Of a stretch of DNA of 60,003 nucleotides, positions 1 through 10,091 are shown one piece after another. Each line of letters begins with the position of its first letter. The first letter of the stretch is position 1. The notes below the pieces were generated by a model that did not search any database, had not been told where the DNA came from, and worked only from the letters and a program-made list of their open reading frames with translations. The position numbers were made by a program, and so were the translations under genes. Source of the DNA: a virus (Duplodnaviria; Caudoviricetes); IMG/VR virus record IMGVR_UViG_3300005573_000104, positions 1 through 60,003 of that record. One strand, given 5' to 3'.

Positions 1-2
1 CT

Positions 3-551
3 GTGATGGGTAGTTTCCCTTATCCCAGGAATGGAATTATAAAAATTGATTATGAGTTTATATTAATCTTTAAAAAGCCTGGCAACGCACCTATGGTTTC
101 TAAGGAATTGAAGGAGAAATCAAAATTAACCAAGGAAGAGTGGAATAAGTATTTTTCAGGTCACTGGAACTTCAATGGAGAGAAGCAGGGTAAGCATCCA
201 GCTATGTTTCCTGAAGAATTGCCAAGGCGGCTTATAAAAATGTTTAGCTTCATTGGAGACACTGTTTTGGATCCATTTTTAGGTAGTGGCACTACAACAT
301 TAGCTGCGAAAAATCTAATTCGAAATTCAATTGGTTATGAAATAAATGAAAAATTTTTATCAGTAATTAGAGATAAGGTTGATATAGATAATAATGAGCT
401 TATCCAAATTGCTAATTTTGAGGTTATTAAACAAAAACCATTGAATATAGATTGGGAATTAGAGATTGCAAAGTTGCCTTATCATTTTAAAGATCCTGTT
501 AAGTTTGATAGAAAAATAGATCCAGGAGATTTAAAAATAAGAGAATTTTAA
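3..551 (+). CDS. DNA N4/N6 methyltransferase (beta class), 5' part outside window
   Basis: HPAMFPEELPRRLIKMFSFIGDTVLDPFLGSGTT: SAM-binding motif I and flanking motif X typical of the N6_N4_Mtase family. Confidence 0.9.
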   Translation: MMGSFPYPRNGIIKIDYEFILIFKKPGNAPMVSKELKEKSKLTKEEWNKYFSGHWNFNGEKQGKHPAMFPEELPRRLIKMFSFIGDTVLDPFLGSGTTTLAAKNLIRNSIGYEINEKFLSVIRDKVDIDNNELIQIANFEVIKQKPLNIDWELEIAKLPYHFKDPVKFDRKIDPGDLKIREF

Positions 552-610
552 TTACAGGCTTCCAGCCAGAAAGCCCCTTACTTTAGTGAGGAAATGAATG
601 GCTTTTTCTA

Positions 611-639
611 TTGACAACAATGCTGATATTTGGTATACT
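611..639 (+). promoter_or_regulatory. sigma70-type promoter of tnpB (probably leaderless mRNA)
   Basis: TTGACA (611-616), 17 nt, TATACT (634-639); ATG at 647. Confidence 0.7.
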
Positions 640-646
640 ATCAACA

Positions 647-1771
647 ATGAGAAAGACCTATCTCTATAGAGCTAAGATAAATAAGCAAACAGAAGCTAAC
701 TGCAATAAATGGCTTGATGTTTGTAGAACTCTTTACAACCTTGCTCTTGAACAGAGAATTAGTATCTATAAACAGCGCCACAAGAATATTTCCGCTTTCC
801 AACAAATGGCACAACTTCCTGAATTGAAAAAATCCTCTGTTGAATTTAAGGCGGTAGGTTCTCAAGTCCTTCAAGATGTTATTCAAAGACTGGATAAGGC
901 ATATAAAGCCTTTTTTCAAAGAGTTAAAAAAGGTAACGGTAAGGTTGGTTTCCCCCGCTTTAAATCCAAGAATAGATATGACTCTTTTACTCTTAAACAA
1001 TCTGGATGGAAACTTGAAGGCAGATACCTCTATATTAAGAATGTTGGCAGGTTTAAACTTTTTCTGTCCAGACCCATTGAGGGCAAAATCAAAACTATAA
1101 CTATTCGCAGAAGCTCCACAAATAAATGGTTTGTGTCTTTCTCTTGTGATGATGTGCCTGTTAGAAAACTTCCTGAAACCGCCGCAGAAGTAGGTATCGA
1201 TGTTGGCATTAAACATTTTCTCGTAGATTCTCAAGGAAATTTTGTTAAAAATCCTAAATATTTTAAACAATCCGAAAAGCTGTTGAGACGCAGGCAAAGA
1301 AGTCTTTGCAGAAAGAAAAAGGGTTCTAATAGAAGAAATAAGGCAAGACTTCTTGTTGCTAAAACACACGAGAAGGTGGCTAATCAGCGTAAGGACTTTC
1401 TCCACAAGGTTGCAAATGCCTATATAAATAGATTTCAGACCATCTATATTGAAGATTTGAATATTAAGGGTATGGTTAGGAACAGACATTTGAGCAAGTC
1501 TATATCTGATAGTTCTTGGGGCATGTTCTTTAGGTTTTTGACTGAGAAGGCGGAAGGTGCTACTCGTCAAATAGTTAAAGTTCCACCCTATAACACCAGT
1601 CAAGTTTGCTCTGGGTGTGGTGAAAGAGTCCCAAAATCTTTGTCTGTTCGTATCCATAAATGTCCTTTCTGTAATACTATTTTAGACAGAGACTATAATG
1701 CTTCTCTGAATATTTTTCGGCTCGGGCAGAGCCGTCAGGCGTTAACGGTTGGGTTGCCGACCGTTGCCTGA
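647..1771 (+). CDS. tnpB: RNA-guided endonuclease TnpB
   Basis: RuvC motifs GIDVG, IEDL and DRDYNAS; zinc finger CSGC...CPFC; N-terminal HTH_OrfB_IS605-like region. Confidence 0.95.
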   Translation: MRKTYLYRAKINKQTEANCNKWLDVCRTLYNLALEQRISIYKQRHKNISAFQQMAQLPELKKSSVEFKAVGSQVLQDVIQRLDKAYKAFFQRVKKGNGKVGFPRFKSKNRYDSFTLKQSGWKLEGRYLYIKNVGRFKLFLSRPIEGKIKTITIRRSSTNKWFVSFSCDDVPVRKLPETAAEVGIDVGIKHFLVDSQGNFVKNPKYFKQSEKLLRRRQRSLCRKKKGSNRRNKARLLVAKTHEKVANQRKDFLHKVANAYINRFQTIYIEDLNIKGMVRNRHLSKSISDSSWGMFFRFLTEKAEGATRQIVKVPPYNTSQVCSGCGERVPKSLSVRIHKCPFCNTILDRDYNASLNIFRLGQSRQALTVGLPTVA

Positions 1772-1805
1772 GAGTCTCCTAAATTTATTCAGGAGAGTGT
1801 CAATT

Positions 1806-3626
1806 ATGAGAATTGATTTATTAAGTTTTGAAGTTCAGAATTTTTTATCAATTGGATTTTTTAAACATGATATTGACCGTGGAATAATATCTATTCAGGG
1901 AATAAATAAGGATGATGATAAGGCTAGCTCTAACGGTAGTGGTAAGTCCAGTATCTTTACTTCTGCTATAAGATGGTGTCTATTTGGTAAGGCAGGTAAA
2001 GATATAACTTCAGATGGTGTTATAAACGAGATAGTTGGTAAAGACTGTCACGTATTTGTTACATTTAAGGTTGGTGATGAATATAAAAGAATAGAAAGGT
2101 ATAGAAAGGATACTTTACATGGTGATTCAGTAAGGATTTTTACATCTGCTCCTGGTAGTACTGATATATCTTATGATATTTCAAGGCATACTAATCAACA
2201 AAATCAACAGTTAATAAACAATATATTAAAAGATGTTTCTCAAGATCTTTTTACATCTACAGTAATTTTATCTTCTGAGGGACTGGAAAATAAGTTCTCA
2301 AGTTTAACTGATTCTGGGAAAAGATATGTTATAGAAAAGCTACGTGATTATTCATGGATTTCAAAGTGTCAGGAAATCACTTCCAATGAGATAAAGATTA
2401 TTAAGGATGGAATATCCTCTTTGCAAGTTAATATTGAGAAAGCTAAGGCGGTTATTGATAGTCTTAAATCTCAGGAAGATAGACTTATTAAGTTGATTGA
2501 ATCAAATTCAATGGAATCCTTAAATAATGAAGCTGAAAATATTGAAAATTCTATTAATCAGACTAAGAAAGAGATAGAGAGTCTTGAAACTAAATTATTA
2601 TCTATTAATGAGGAGGAGCTTCTTAGGCAGAAAGAGAATTTAAGTAATGAGATTGTTAGCATAAACTATAATATGGTGGTAGCTGAAAATGTTATAAAGG
2701 ATACCAATGATCTGATTAATAATCCAGAGAAGAGATGTAGGCTGTGTGGAACTTTATTATCAAAAGCTGATCCAGATGCGATAGCGGATGCTAAAGTTCG
2801 GGGTGCTTCTGCAAAGAGAGATCTTGATTCTTATATCGTTAAAAGAAAGAGTATTGAGGAGAAACTATCTGAAGTTAATAAAGCTATATTAGAGATTACA
2901 AATATTAAGAATAAATTGTCCAGTTATAAATCTACTCTTTCCAGTCTTAATTCTAAGCTTGATGCTCTAAATAGAGTTAGATCTGATAGATCTAATACTA
3001 TTGATCAGTATAGGGTTTCTCTTAAAGAGAATAGAGAAGAGCAGGATAGAAATAATGAGATAATAAAGAAGTCTCAAGATAAGATTGATAGATTAAATTT
3101 AGACTTATCTCTTTATAATGTAATAAATTCTGATGTTTACGGAACAAAGGGAATTAAGGCATATTTAATAAATAAGGATATTGATTTTCTTAATGAGAGA
3201 TTGAAAGAGTATAGTAGTTATTTATTCTCGAATGGTTATTGTCAATTATTTCAAGAGATTCAGGATGATGGTAGTGTTCCAAAGATTACTATTGGATTAG
3301 TATCCACCTTATCTTCAAAACCTTCTAGATCTTATTCTAATCTCTCCCAGGGGGAGAAGAGAAAATGTGATATAGCTATTCAACTTGCTATTCACGATTT
3401 GGTTAGTTTGCTTAGTTCTGTCAGATTTAATTTTCTTGTTCTTGATGAGATTTTTGATAATATTGATTCTGCCGGTATTAAGTGTGTAATTGATCTTCTT
3501 AAGGTCAAATCTCAGTCTGTTGATGTAATCTATCTTATTACTCATAATCCTAATATAGATCGTTATATAGATAAAAAGATTTATATAGTTAAAGAAAACG
3601 GAATTTCTTCTCAAATGATAGTGTAG
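1806..3626 (+). CDS. SbcC/Rad50 (gp46-like) recombination ATPase
   Basis: Walker A NGSGKSS, long coiled coils with CRLC zinc hook, signature LSQGE, Walker B VLDE-IFD, H-loop ITH; true start likely ATG 1806, just after the IS end. Confidence 0.92.
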   Translation: MRIDLLSFEVQNFLSIGFFKHDIDRGIISIQGINKDDDKASSNGSGKSSIFTSAIRWCLFGKAGKDITSDGVINEIVGKDCHVFVTFKVGDEYKRIERYRKDTLHGDSVRIFTSAPGSTDISYDISRHTNQQNQQLINNILKDVSQDLFTSTVILSSEGLENKFSSLTDSGKRYVIEKLRDYSWISKCQEITSNEIKIIKDGISSLQVNIEKAKAVIDSLKSQEDRLIKLIESNSMESLNNEAENIENSINQTKKEIESLETKLLSINEEELLRQKENLSNEIVSINYNMVVAENVIKDTNDLINNPEKRCRLCGTLLSKADPDAIADAKVRGASAKRDLDSYIVKRKSIEEKLSEVNKAILEITNIKNKLSSYKSTLSSLNSKLDALNRVRSDRSNTIDQYRVSLKENREEQDRNNEIIKKSQDKIDRLNLDLSLYNVINSDVYGTKGIKAYLINKDIDFLNERLKEYSSYLFSNGYCQLFQEIQDDGSVPKITIGLVSTLSSKPSRSYSNLSQGEKRKCDIAIQLAIHDLVSLLSSVRFNFLVLDEIFDNIDSAGIKCVIDLLKVKSQSVDVIYLITHNPNIDRYIDKKIYIVKENGISSQMIV

Positions 3627-3629
3627 ATT

Positions 3630-4271
3630 ATGTCTCTTTCAGTAGATATTGGAATTCTAGAATATACAGAGGATGAGTTGGTTAAATATTTAAGAGATGA
3701 AGCTGGCTCAAGTTCTCCATCATATTTTTCTTCTAATAAGTTTGGTGGCTTATATCTTCAGCAGATTCCAGAAGAATATGCAAAACTTCTTAAGTGGCTC
3801 CAAAAGCAAAAATTTCAATTATATCTAGAACTTGGTATTGGGGATGGTGGATCATTTTTACTTGACACTATGTTTCAACCATCTTTGAAGATATCGGTTG
3901 CAGTTGATAATTGTTCATATTGGTCAGAACAGAGAGGAAGAATTACCGAAGTGCTTCATTATCTTGAATATAATAAAAGTTCATGTTCTGTAAGATTTAT
4001 AGAGAAAAGTACAGACGATTTTTTCAAAGATAATGATTTGGTTTTTGATTGTATATTTATAGATGCTGATCATTCATATGAGGGCGTTAAGCGAGATTAT
4101 GAGAACTCATTGAAGATATTAAATAATAATGGTTATATCATCTTTCATGATATTAACTCTCGACAATGTCCTGGTGTTGTCAAACTCTGGAATGAGGTAA
4201 GTAGTCAAGATGATCTTACTTTTATTGCTTCAGGGAATTGTGGTATTGGGGTTCTTTTTCCTTTTAAGTAG
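3630..4271 (+). CDS. class I SAM-dependent methyltransferase (Methyltransf_24-like)
   Basis: LELGIGDGGS, FIDADHSYEGVKRD, GYIIFHD motifs. Confidence 0.85.
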   Translation: MSLSVDIGILEYTEDELVKYLRDEAGSSSPSYFSSNKFGGLYLQQIPEEYAKLLKWLQKQKFQLYLELGIGDGGSFLLDTMFQPSLKISVAVDNCSYWSEQRGRITEVLHYLEYNKSSCSVRFIEKSTDDFFKDNDLVFDCIFIDADHSYEGVKRDYENSLKILNNNGYIIFHDINSRQCPGVVKLWNEVSSQDDLTFIASGNCGIGVLFPFK

Positions 4272-4293
4272 TATAATAGAATAAAAATTGTTT

Positions 4294-4331
4294 GGGAACC
4301 TTTTATCGATATTATACGTTTTAAATATGAA
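4294..4331 (+). promoter_or_regulatory. repeated ECF-type promoter, copy 1
   Basis: GGGAACCTTTT...TACGTTTTAAATATGAA; 16 nt between GGAACC and CGTT; intergenic, followed by an AGGAG RBS. Confidence 0.8.
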
Positions 4332-4349
4332 CAGTAAAAGGAGATAAAG

Positions 4350-4577
4350 ATGAGAGCTTCTAAAGAAGAAGATGTTGAGATTGAGATTGCAAATTCAATA
4401 CTTTCATTTGTTCAAAATTTAGATGAGGAGGATTCCCTTGAGTTTGCAAAATTGTATATGAGATCTCTAACTAATTCTGGACTGAAATTTGATTATCATG
4501 AAGTTATTAATCATGTTGCTGATGTCGATGTTCGTTTCCAGGAAGTTGTAAATATGGAGGACTTGAATAATGAGTAA
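4350..4577 (+). CDS. hypothetical protein
   Basis: 75 aa ORF with AGGAG RBS, first gene after the repeated promoter. Confidence 0.65.
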   Translation: MRASKEEDVEIEIANSILSFVQNLDEEDSLEFAKLYMRSLTNSGLKFDYHEVINHVADVDVRFQEVVNMEDLNNE

Positions 4578-4764
4578 TTATGATGACTTAGCTGATAGGC
4601 TGGCTAAGTCAAAAATGACTGAAATTGATATGCTTTTGACCATTTTAGAATGGCTATATTCCCAGCCTGACTTTGACTATGACTCTTTCTATGATCGCAT
4701 TAATCAGTTGAATCCAAGAAATGCTATTTATTTTGATCGGTTGTTGTCAATGAGAATTTTATAA
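4570..4764 (+). CDS. hypothetical protein
   Basis: 64 aa ORF with GGAGG RBS, overlaps the upstream gene. Confidence 0.6.
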   Translation: MSNYDDLADRLAKSKMTEIDMLLTILEWLYSQPDFDYDSFYDRINQLNPRNAIYFDRLLSMRIL

Positions 4765-4769
4765 TAATT

Positions 4770-5627
4770 ATGGCAACAACTCACAAACTTATAATTGGAA
4801 ATTGTATGGTTATGGAAGAGATAGCTGACGAAACTGTTCACTTAACGGTTACCTCGCCTCCATATTTTAATGCTCCTTTTGATTATAAGGGCTTATTTAA
4901 GAGTTATGAACAATATCTTGAAGTGTTGCGAGGATTTGCAAAAGAGACCTTTCGTGTTTTGCAAGAAGGAAGAGTAGCAGTTTTAAATATTGATGATATG
5001 TTAATAAACGGGGAAAAATTTCCGATAGTTGCGGATGCAATAAAAATCTTTCAAGGAGCTGGTTTTAGATATAGGGACAGAATTATTTGGAAGAAACCAG
5101 ACGGTTATCTAAGAATTAGTCGCAGAAGTGGCGTCATTCTTCAAAACCCGTATCCAATGTATTTTTACCCTGATAATCTTTTAGAAAGCATTATCATTTT
5201 TCAAAAAGGAAACTTTAATTACCGTTCTATCCCAAAAGAGGTTCGTGAAGCTTCAAAAATCGATACAAAAGAGTTTTTAAGTAAGAAATGGTATATGACA
5301 CTTTGGGAAATGAATAATGTTTTACCCGGCTCTCCTTTAGAAAAGAACATTGCGGCTTTCCCTTATGAATTGCCCTATCGTGTTATCAAACTATTTTCTT
5401 ATAAGGGGGAGACGGTATTAGATCCGTTTGTTGGTAGTGGAACAACAATGAAAGCCGCAAGAGATTTAAGTAGAAATAGTATCGGTATTGAAGTTAAAGA
5501 ATCATTAGTCCCAATTATTAAAGAAAAACTGGGTCTCGGCGATGTACAAGGCGATCTTCTTTTAGATCAAAATGATAAGTTAGAAATAATTTATAGAAAA
5601 CCAGGTGATTATGAACCTATCAGCTAA
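4770..5627 (+). CDS. DNA N4/N6 methyltransferase (beta class)
   Basis: TSPPY catalytic motif precedes the DPFVGSGTT SAM motif. Confidence 0.92.
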   Translation: MATTHKLIIGNCMVMEEIADETVHLTVTSPPYFNAPFDYKGLFKSYEQYLEVLRGFAKETFRVLQEGRVAVLNIDDMLINGEKFPIVADAIKIFQGAGFRYRDRIIWKKPDGYLRISRRSGVILQNPYPMYFYPDNLLESIIIFQKGNFNYRSIPKEVREASKIDTKEFLSKKWYMTLWEMNNVLPGSPLEKNIAAFPYELPYRVIKLFSYKGETVLDPFVGSGTTMKAARDLSRNSIGIEVKESLVPIIKEKLGLGDVQGDLLLDQNDKLEIIYRKPGDYEPIS

Positions 5628-5672
5628 AATAAGAAATAAGGAATATGAGTTATTTCTTTTGGGGGGTATTTG

Positions 5673-6245
5673 ATGAACCAGGGATACTGGTACGTTGATT
5701 TTATTGACGACATTAATAAAAAAGATGCTGATATTATACGCCAATTTTTAGGATGGAAAGTTAAGGATATATTAGGAAGTAAGGAATTGTTTCATAAGTT
5801 TAAGCTTGATGAATTACATAATTTTGATAATAAGTTAGATTTATTATTGGAAAAATATGATGATATGTTGTTTATTGAGGCATGTAAATCACTTATCTTT
5901 TTGGAGTTTTTGGATTTTTTGTCAAGATTAGATACTTATATTGAGGCACTAAATGAAAATAATATCTATGTTGGGAAGCCTGGAGATCTTGAGTTGAGGG
6001 AGTTTGTAAAGCAATCTATTGATCATGGAGTGTTTCATGTGTCTATGATCTCTTATGTAGGTCTGGGATATCTCGTTGAATTGTTTTTGTGGAATAAGAA
6101 GAGTGTTAAAAACTCGTTTGCTAAGAAATTTTATAAGGAGTTTTCAAAAGTTATTAAGAATTTTGAATCTTTGATTAAGAAACATGGTGGACAGATAATA
6201 AGTAAGATTGATGAATCATATCAGAGAAATACTAATAGAGGATGA
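5673..6245 (+). CDS. hypothetical protein
   Basis: ~190 aa ORF in a dense + strand run. Confidence 0.6.
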   Translation: MNQGYWYVDFIDDINKKDADIIRQFLGWKVKDILGSKELFHKFKLDELHNFDNKLDLLLEKYDDMLFIEACKSLIFLEFLDFLSRLDTYIEALNENNIYVGKPGDLELREFVKQSIDHGVFHVSMISYVGLGYLVELFLWNKKSVKNSFAKKFYKEFSKVIKNFESLIKKHGGQIISKIDESYQRNTNRG

Positions 6246-6257
6246 GGGTTTTTAGAT

Positions 6258-6584
6258 ATGGTGCAAAGATATCAATTTAAAAGAGTTCAGAAGGTTATCA
6301 GTACTCTTCTTGAGTCAAATCCATCTGGTGGTGTAAGTGTTGAAGAAATTTTTTCGAATTGTGCCCGTTTTCCAGATCCTCCTACTATGGAAGATGTAGA
6401 GGGTACAATTTCTTATTTAAAGAATAAAAGCGTTATTTCTGATCATCCCCAGGGTGGAATAATTAAATTTGGTGTCGATCCAGTGATGCATCATCTTAAT
6501 ATGACCGAGGATGAAGAGAAAGAATTAGAGAAAGATATTCACGAAGCTTTTAAAGAACAGGAACAGAAATCTGCTGTTAAATAA
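6258..6584 (+). CDS. hypothetical protein, possible winged helix
   Basis: 108 aa; SVEEIF...EDVEGTISYLKNKSVI pattern resembles a wHTH. Confidence 0.5.
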   Translation: MVQRYQFKRVQKVISTLLESNPSGGVSVEEIFSNCARFPDPPTMEDVEGTISYLKNKSVISDHPQGGIIKFGVDPVMHHLNMTEDEEKELEKDIHEAFKEQEQKSAVK

Positions 6585-6610
6585 TTATTAAAGGATCTTT
6601 GGAGGTAAAA

Positions 6611-6919
6611 ATGAGGCCAATTGGACTTAATGAGTTGAAGTTTAATGACAAAGGGGATATTGTAGTAGAGCATGTTAATTATAGAATTATTGAGCGTGAT
6701 GGTAAGAAGTTTGCTGAACCTGTTGGTATTGGTAGGGGTCATGTAGGAATAGGAGATGGGTTTATATCAATAGATGAGTATTTCCCATTGGAAGATATAC
6801 CATGTGATGAGTGTGGAATTTATGGTTTGGTTCACACGCTAAATATAGGCAAATATGTGTGTGCTAATTGTGGAGCTATCCTTACTATATCCCCATCTTC
6901 TAAGTTGCATATAAAATAA
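6611..6919 (+). CDS. zinc-ribbon protein
   Basis: CDECG...CANCG; GGAGG RBS before ATG 6611. Confidence 0.6.
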   Translation: MRPIGLNELKFNDKGDIVVEHVNYRIIERDGKKFAEPVGIGRGHVGIGDGFISIDEYFPLEDIPCDECGIYGLVHTLNIGKYVCANCGAILTISPSSKLHIK

Positions 6920-6968
6920 TATCTATAACATAAATTTAACGGTCAACAGTTAGAATAGGAGGTAAACA

Positions 6969-7199
6969 ATGATTGAGCGTCCTGATGGTACGAAAGTATG
7001 GTACCTAAATGGTCATCTTCACAGGGAAGATGGACCTGCTGTTGAAAAACCAGATGGAACTAAACTGTGGTATCGGAATGGCTATCTTCATAGGGAAGAT
7101 GGACCTGCTATTGAGTTTCCTAGTGGTACCCGTGCGTGGTGTAAAGATGGTAGGCTTTACAAGATTGAATATTCTAATGGTGAAATAGAGCTGGTTTAA
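6969..7199 (+). CDS. HREDGPA-repeat (MORN-like) phage protein
   Basis: Tandem ~23 aa repeats DGTKxWYxNGxLHREDGPAxE. Confidence 0.8.
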   Translation: MIERPDGTKVWYLNGHLHREDGPAVEKPDGTKLWYRNGYLHREDGPAIEFPSGTRAWCKDGRLYKIEYSNGEIELV

Positions 7200-7210
7200 C
7201 AATAGATAAT

Positions 7211-8854
7211 ATGTCAAAAATTTATGATATTAGATCTATTGATCATCAGATATCCCATGATCATTTAATCTCTAAATATTTTCCATATCCTTCTTTTAGG
7301 AAGTATCAAAAAGAGACTATTGATTTTATTCTTCAATTATTTGATGATGGGGAGAAGGTTGTTGCAGTTGAGGCTCCGGTGGGATCTGGTAAGTCTGTAA
7401 TTGGTTATACCGTTGGAATGGCTGTGGGGAAATCTTATTTCCTTACTACTCAGAAGATTTTACAATCTCAGTTTATTAATGAGTTTCCGTCTACAGCTTT
7501 GATATGGTCTTCAGACAATTATTATTGTGATAAATCTCCAGTTCCTGATACTACCTGTGCCCAGGGATTTTGTAGATTTTCTCTTGACAGTGATATTAGA
7601 AATTTTTGTGTTTATAAAATAGCTAAAAATAGAGCTGCTCAATCTAATTTTGTGGTTTCTAATTATTCTTATATACTTAATGAGTATAACTATAGTGCTC
7701 CTGATGCCCGTAAATTTGATTCTTGTGATTTATTAATACTTGATGAAGCTCATAATCTACCGGAGGAATTAAGAAAGTTTTTGACTTTTAATATAAGCAA
7801 TAAAGAAGTTCATGATCTTGGTTTCAAAGAGTTTGAATCTATATCGATCAATGATGACCTTTCTGATAGTGAATTAAATGGTGTATTGGAGAAGATATTG
7901 CATGTGGTTTCATCATTTCTTTATGAAAATGAGGATAGATTTCACGAGTTATCTACTAGGGTATATAATAAAAAAGTGAAATCATCTGATAATGATTTTC
8001 TGAAGAAGTATAGTAATAGTTTTTCTTTAAGAAAAAAGATAAATAACTATTTTGAATATTCTGGTGATATTGAGTTTATAAGACAGTATTTTGAGTATGA
8101 CTCAGCAGTTTCTCTTATTCCAACTGAGGTTAATTTGATGGCTTATAATATTCTTTATAAGATATCGAAGAAGATATTGCTGCTCTCAAGTACATTTCTT
8201 GATCCTAAAGCTTTTTGTCATTCTTCGGGAATTCCTGAAAAATTTTTTAATCTTATTAAGATGCCGTCTATGTTTCCTAAAGAAAACAGACCTATAATAG
8301 TTAGGGCAGTTGGTAAGATGACTGATGGTAAAATAAATGAATTGATGCCGAAACTATCTAAAGTTGTTAATGATATTCTGAAGCAGCATGAGAATGATAA
8401 AGGTATTATACATGTACCGAGTTATAAGATAGCAAGAGGACTTGGTATCCATGACCAGTCTAAGAGGTTATTACTTCATACTAATTCCTCAAGAGGTGAG
8501 GTATTAAGGTTTTTTATGGAGTCGAAAGATCCCCTTGTTATGGTATCCCCCTCGATGTATGAAGGTCTTGATTTGAGGGATGATCTGTCAAGATTTCAAA
8601 TAATAGTGAAAATTCCGTGGCTTGGTTTAGATGATGTTTATGTTAAAATGATGTCTAGGAAGGATTTTAAGTGGTATATATGGAGAACCGCAATAAAGAT
8701 TGTTCAGGGCTATGGAAGATCAGTAAGAAGTGAGGAAGATTATGCTGTAACTTATGTTCTGGACGCTGATTTTCCTGATTTTATAGATAGAAATAAAAGA
8801 TTGTTTCCTGAATATTTCCTGGAAGCTATAAAATATGAGAGAGAGGCAGTTTAG
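7211..8854 (+). CDS. DinG/XPD-family SF2 helicase
   Basis: Q motif RKYQ, Walker A APVGSGKS, four Cys for an Fe-S cluster, DEAH, EGLDL, QGYGRSVRSEED. Confidence 0.92.
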   Translation: MSKIYDIRSIDHQISHDHLISKYFPYPSFRKYQKETIDFILQLFDDGEKVVAVEAPVGSGKSVIGYTVGMAVGKSYFLTTQKILQSQFINEFPSTALIWSSDNYYCDKSPVPDTTCAQGFCRFSLDSDIRNFCVYKIAKNRAAQSNFVVSNYSYILNEYNYSAPDARKFDSCDLLILDEAHNLPEELRKFLTFNISNKEVHDLGFKEFESISINDDLSDSELNGVLEKILHVVSSFLYENEDRFHELSTRVYNKKVKSSDNDFLKKYSNSFSLRKKINNYFEYSGDIEFIRQYFEYDSAVSLIPTEVNLMAYNILYKISKKILLLSSTFLDPKAFCHSSGIPEKFFNLIKMPSMFPKENRPIIVRAVGKMTDGKINELMPKLSKVVNDILKQHENDKGIIHVPSYKIARGLGIHDQSKRLLLHTNSSRGEVLRFFMESKDPLVMVSPSMYEGLDLRDDLSRFQIIVKIPWLGLDDVYVKMMSRKDFKWYIWRTAIKIVQGYGRSVRSEEDYAVTYVLDADFPDFIDRNKRLFPEYFLEAIKYEREAV

Positions 8855-9077
8855 TAAAGGATCAAATATTTTATGGATAACTACCTACCAATTAAGGTTT
8901 GTGTTAAAAATATAAATCAGCATGGAGCAGTACTTCGGCAGTTATTTTCTTTATTTCCTAAAGAAGATATTTATTTTGAATTAAATGATAATGGAGTAAA
9001 TATTTATTTACGAGAATTAGATTTTTTTTCATTTTAAAAACAGTATCCAAACATTAGCTAGAAGTTCAGATAGCGAA

Positions 9078-10013
9078 GTGGCTGAATTATTAAACTTAAT
9101 ATTTTACAATGTTGAAAAAATAAAAAGTTATGGATTAAAAGGCAAAAAAAGATTATATGTTGGCTATGACAAAGAAAGAAAAGTAAAGAATAGAGAGGTG
9201 AAAGAAAGAGAACGTGGCATTTATTATTATGCAAGAGGGCATAATTTTTCTGAACAGAATAATAAAATTCCTGATGAATTCTTGAATAAAATAATAGTCG
9301 GAGACAGCGAACAAGTTTTAAAGAAATTTCCTGATAATTGTGTTGATTTAATTTTTACTTCTCCGCCGTATAATTTTGGTTTGGACTATGAAAATCATAA
9401 AGATGGAGTTAACTGGAACGAGTACTTTAATAAACTTTTCGCTATATTCCAGGAGTGTATAAGAGTTCTTAAATATGGCGGTAGAATTATTGTTGATGTC
9501 CAGCCTTTATTTTCAGATTATGTTCCTATTCATCATATAATTTCTGATTTTTTTATTAAGAATAAACTTATTTGGAAAGGCGAAGTTTTATGGGATAAAC
9601 ACCATTATAGCTGTAAATATACTGCGTGGGGAAGTTGGAAAAGTCCAAGCAATCCTTACTTAAAATACACTTGGGAATTTCTGGAAATCTTTTGCAAGGG
9701 CGACTTAAGGCATGGAGGAAATTGGAAAAATGCTGATATAACTGCTGATGAGTTTAAAAAATGGGTTTATGCGAAATGGGATATTCAGCCCGAGTATAAC
9801 ATGAAGAAATACGGGCACCCTGCAATGTTTCCTGAAGCTCTTGCCGAGCGAGTGTTAAAATTGTTTAGTTATAAAGGAGATATAATTTTAGATCCTTTTA
9901 ATGGTGTAGGAACAACCACCGCCGTAGCTAAAAGATTATCCAGAAATTATATTGGTATCGATGTATCCGAAGACTACTGCAAAAAAGCAGAGGATAGACT
10001 TAAAAATACTTAA
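9078..10013 (+). CDS. DNA N4/N6 methyltransferase (beta class), start uncertain
   Basis: TSPPY, HPAMFP, DPFNGVGTT. Confidence 0.92.
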   Translation: MAELLNLIFYNVEKIKSYGLKGKKRLYVGYDKERKVKNREVKERERGIYYYARGHNFSEQNNKIPDEFLNKIIVGDSEQVLKKFPDNCVDLIFTSPPYNFGLDYENHKDGVNWNEYFNKLFAIFQECIRVLKYGGRIIVDVQPLFSDYVPIHHIISDFFIKNKLIWKGEVLWDKHHYSCKYTAWGSWKSPSNPYLKYTWEFLEIFCKGDLRHGGNWKNADITADEFKKWVYAKWDIQPEYNMKKYGHPAMFPEALAERVLKLFSYKGDIILDPFNGVGTTTAVAKRLSRNYIGIDVSEDYCKKAEDRLKNT

Positions 10014-10035
10014 TAGAAAGAAGCAGTTTAGTGGT

Positions 10036-10073
10036 GGGAACCTTTTGTTGATTCATTACGTTTTAAATATGAA
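10036..10073 (+). promoter_or_regulatory. repeated ECF-type promoter, copy 2
   Basis: GGGAACCTTTTGTTGATTCATTACGTTTTAAATATGAA; same 16 nt spacer. Confidence 0.8.
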
Positions 10074-10091
10074 TAAACAATGGAGGCAGAA

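Larger units (their letters stand above)
556..1803 (+). mobile_element. IS200/IS605-family tnpB-only (IS1341-like) element
   Basis: Preceded by TTAC (552-555). Left end has AAAG followed by hairpin CCTTAC-TTTA-GTGAGG. Right end has hairpin CTCCTAAAT/ATTCAGGAG and ends in TCAA (1800-1803). This matches the IS608-type TTAC/AAAG and TCAA end rules. No tnpA. Confidence 0.85.

Noticed and set aside
1749-1805. N-terminal extension of SbcC given in the ORF track
   Set aside because: It lies inside the IS right end; the ATG at 1806 gives a typical SbcC N-terminus
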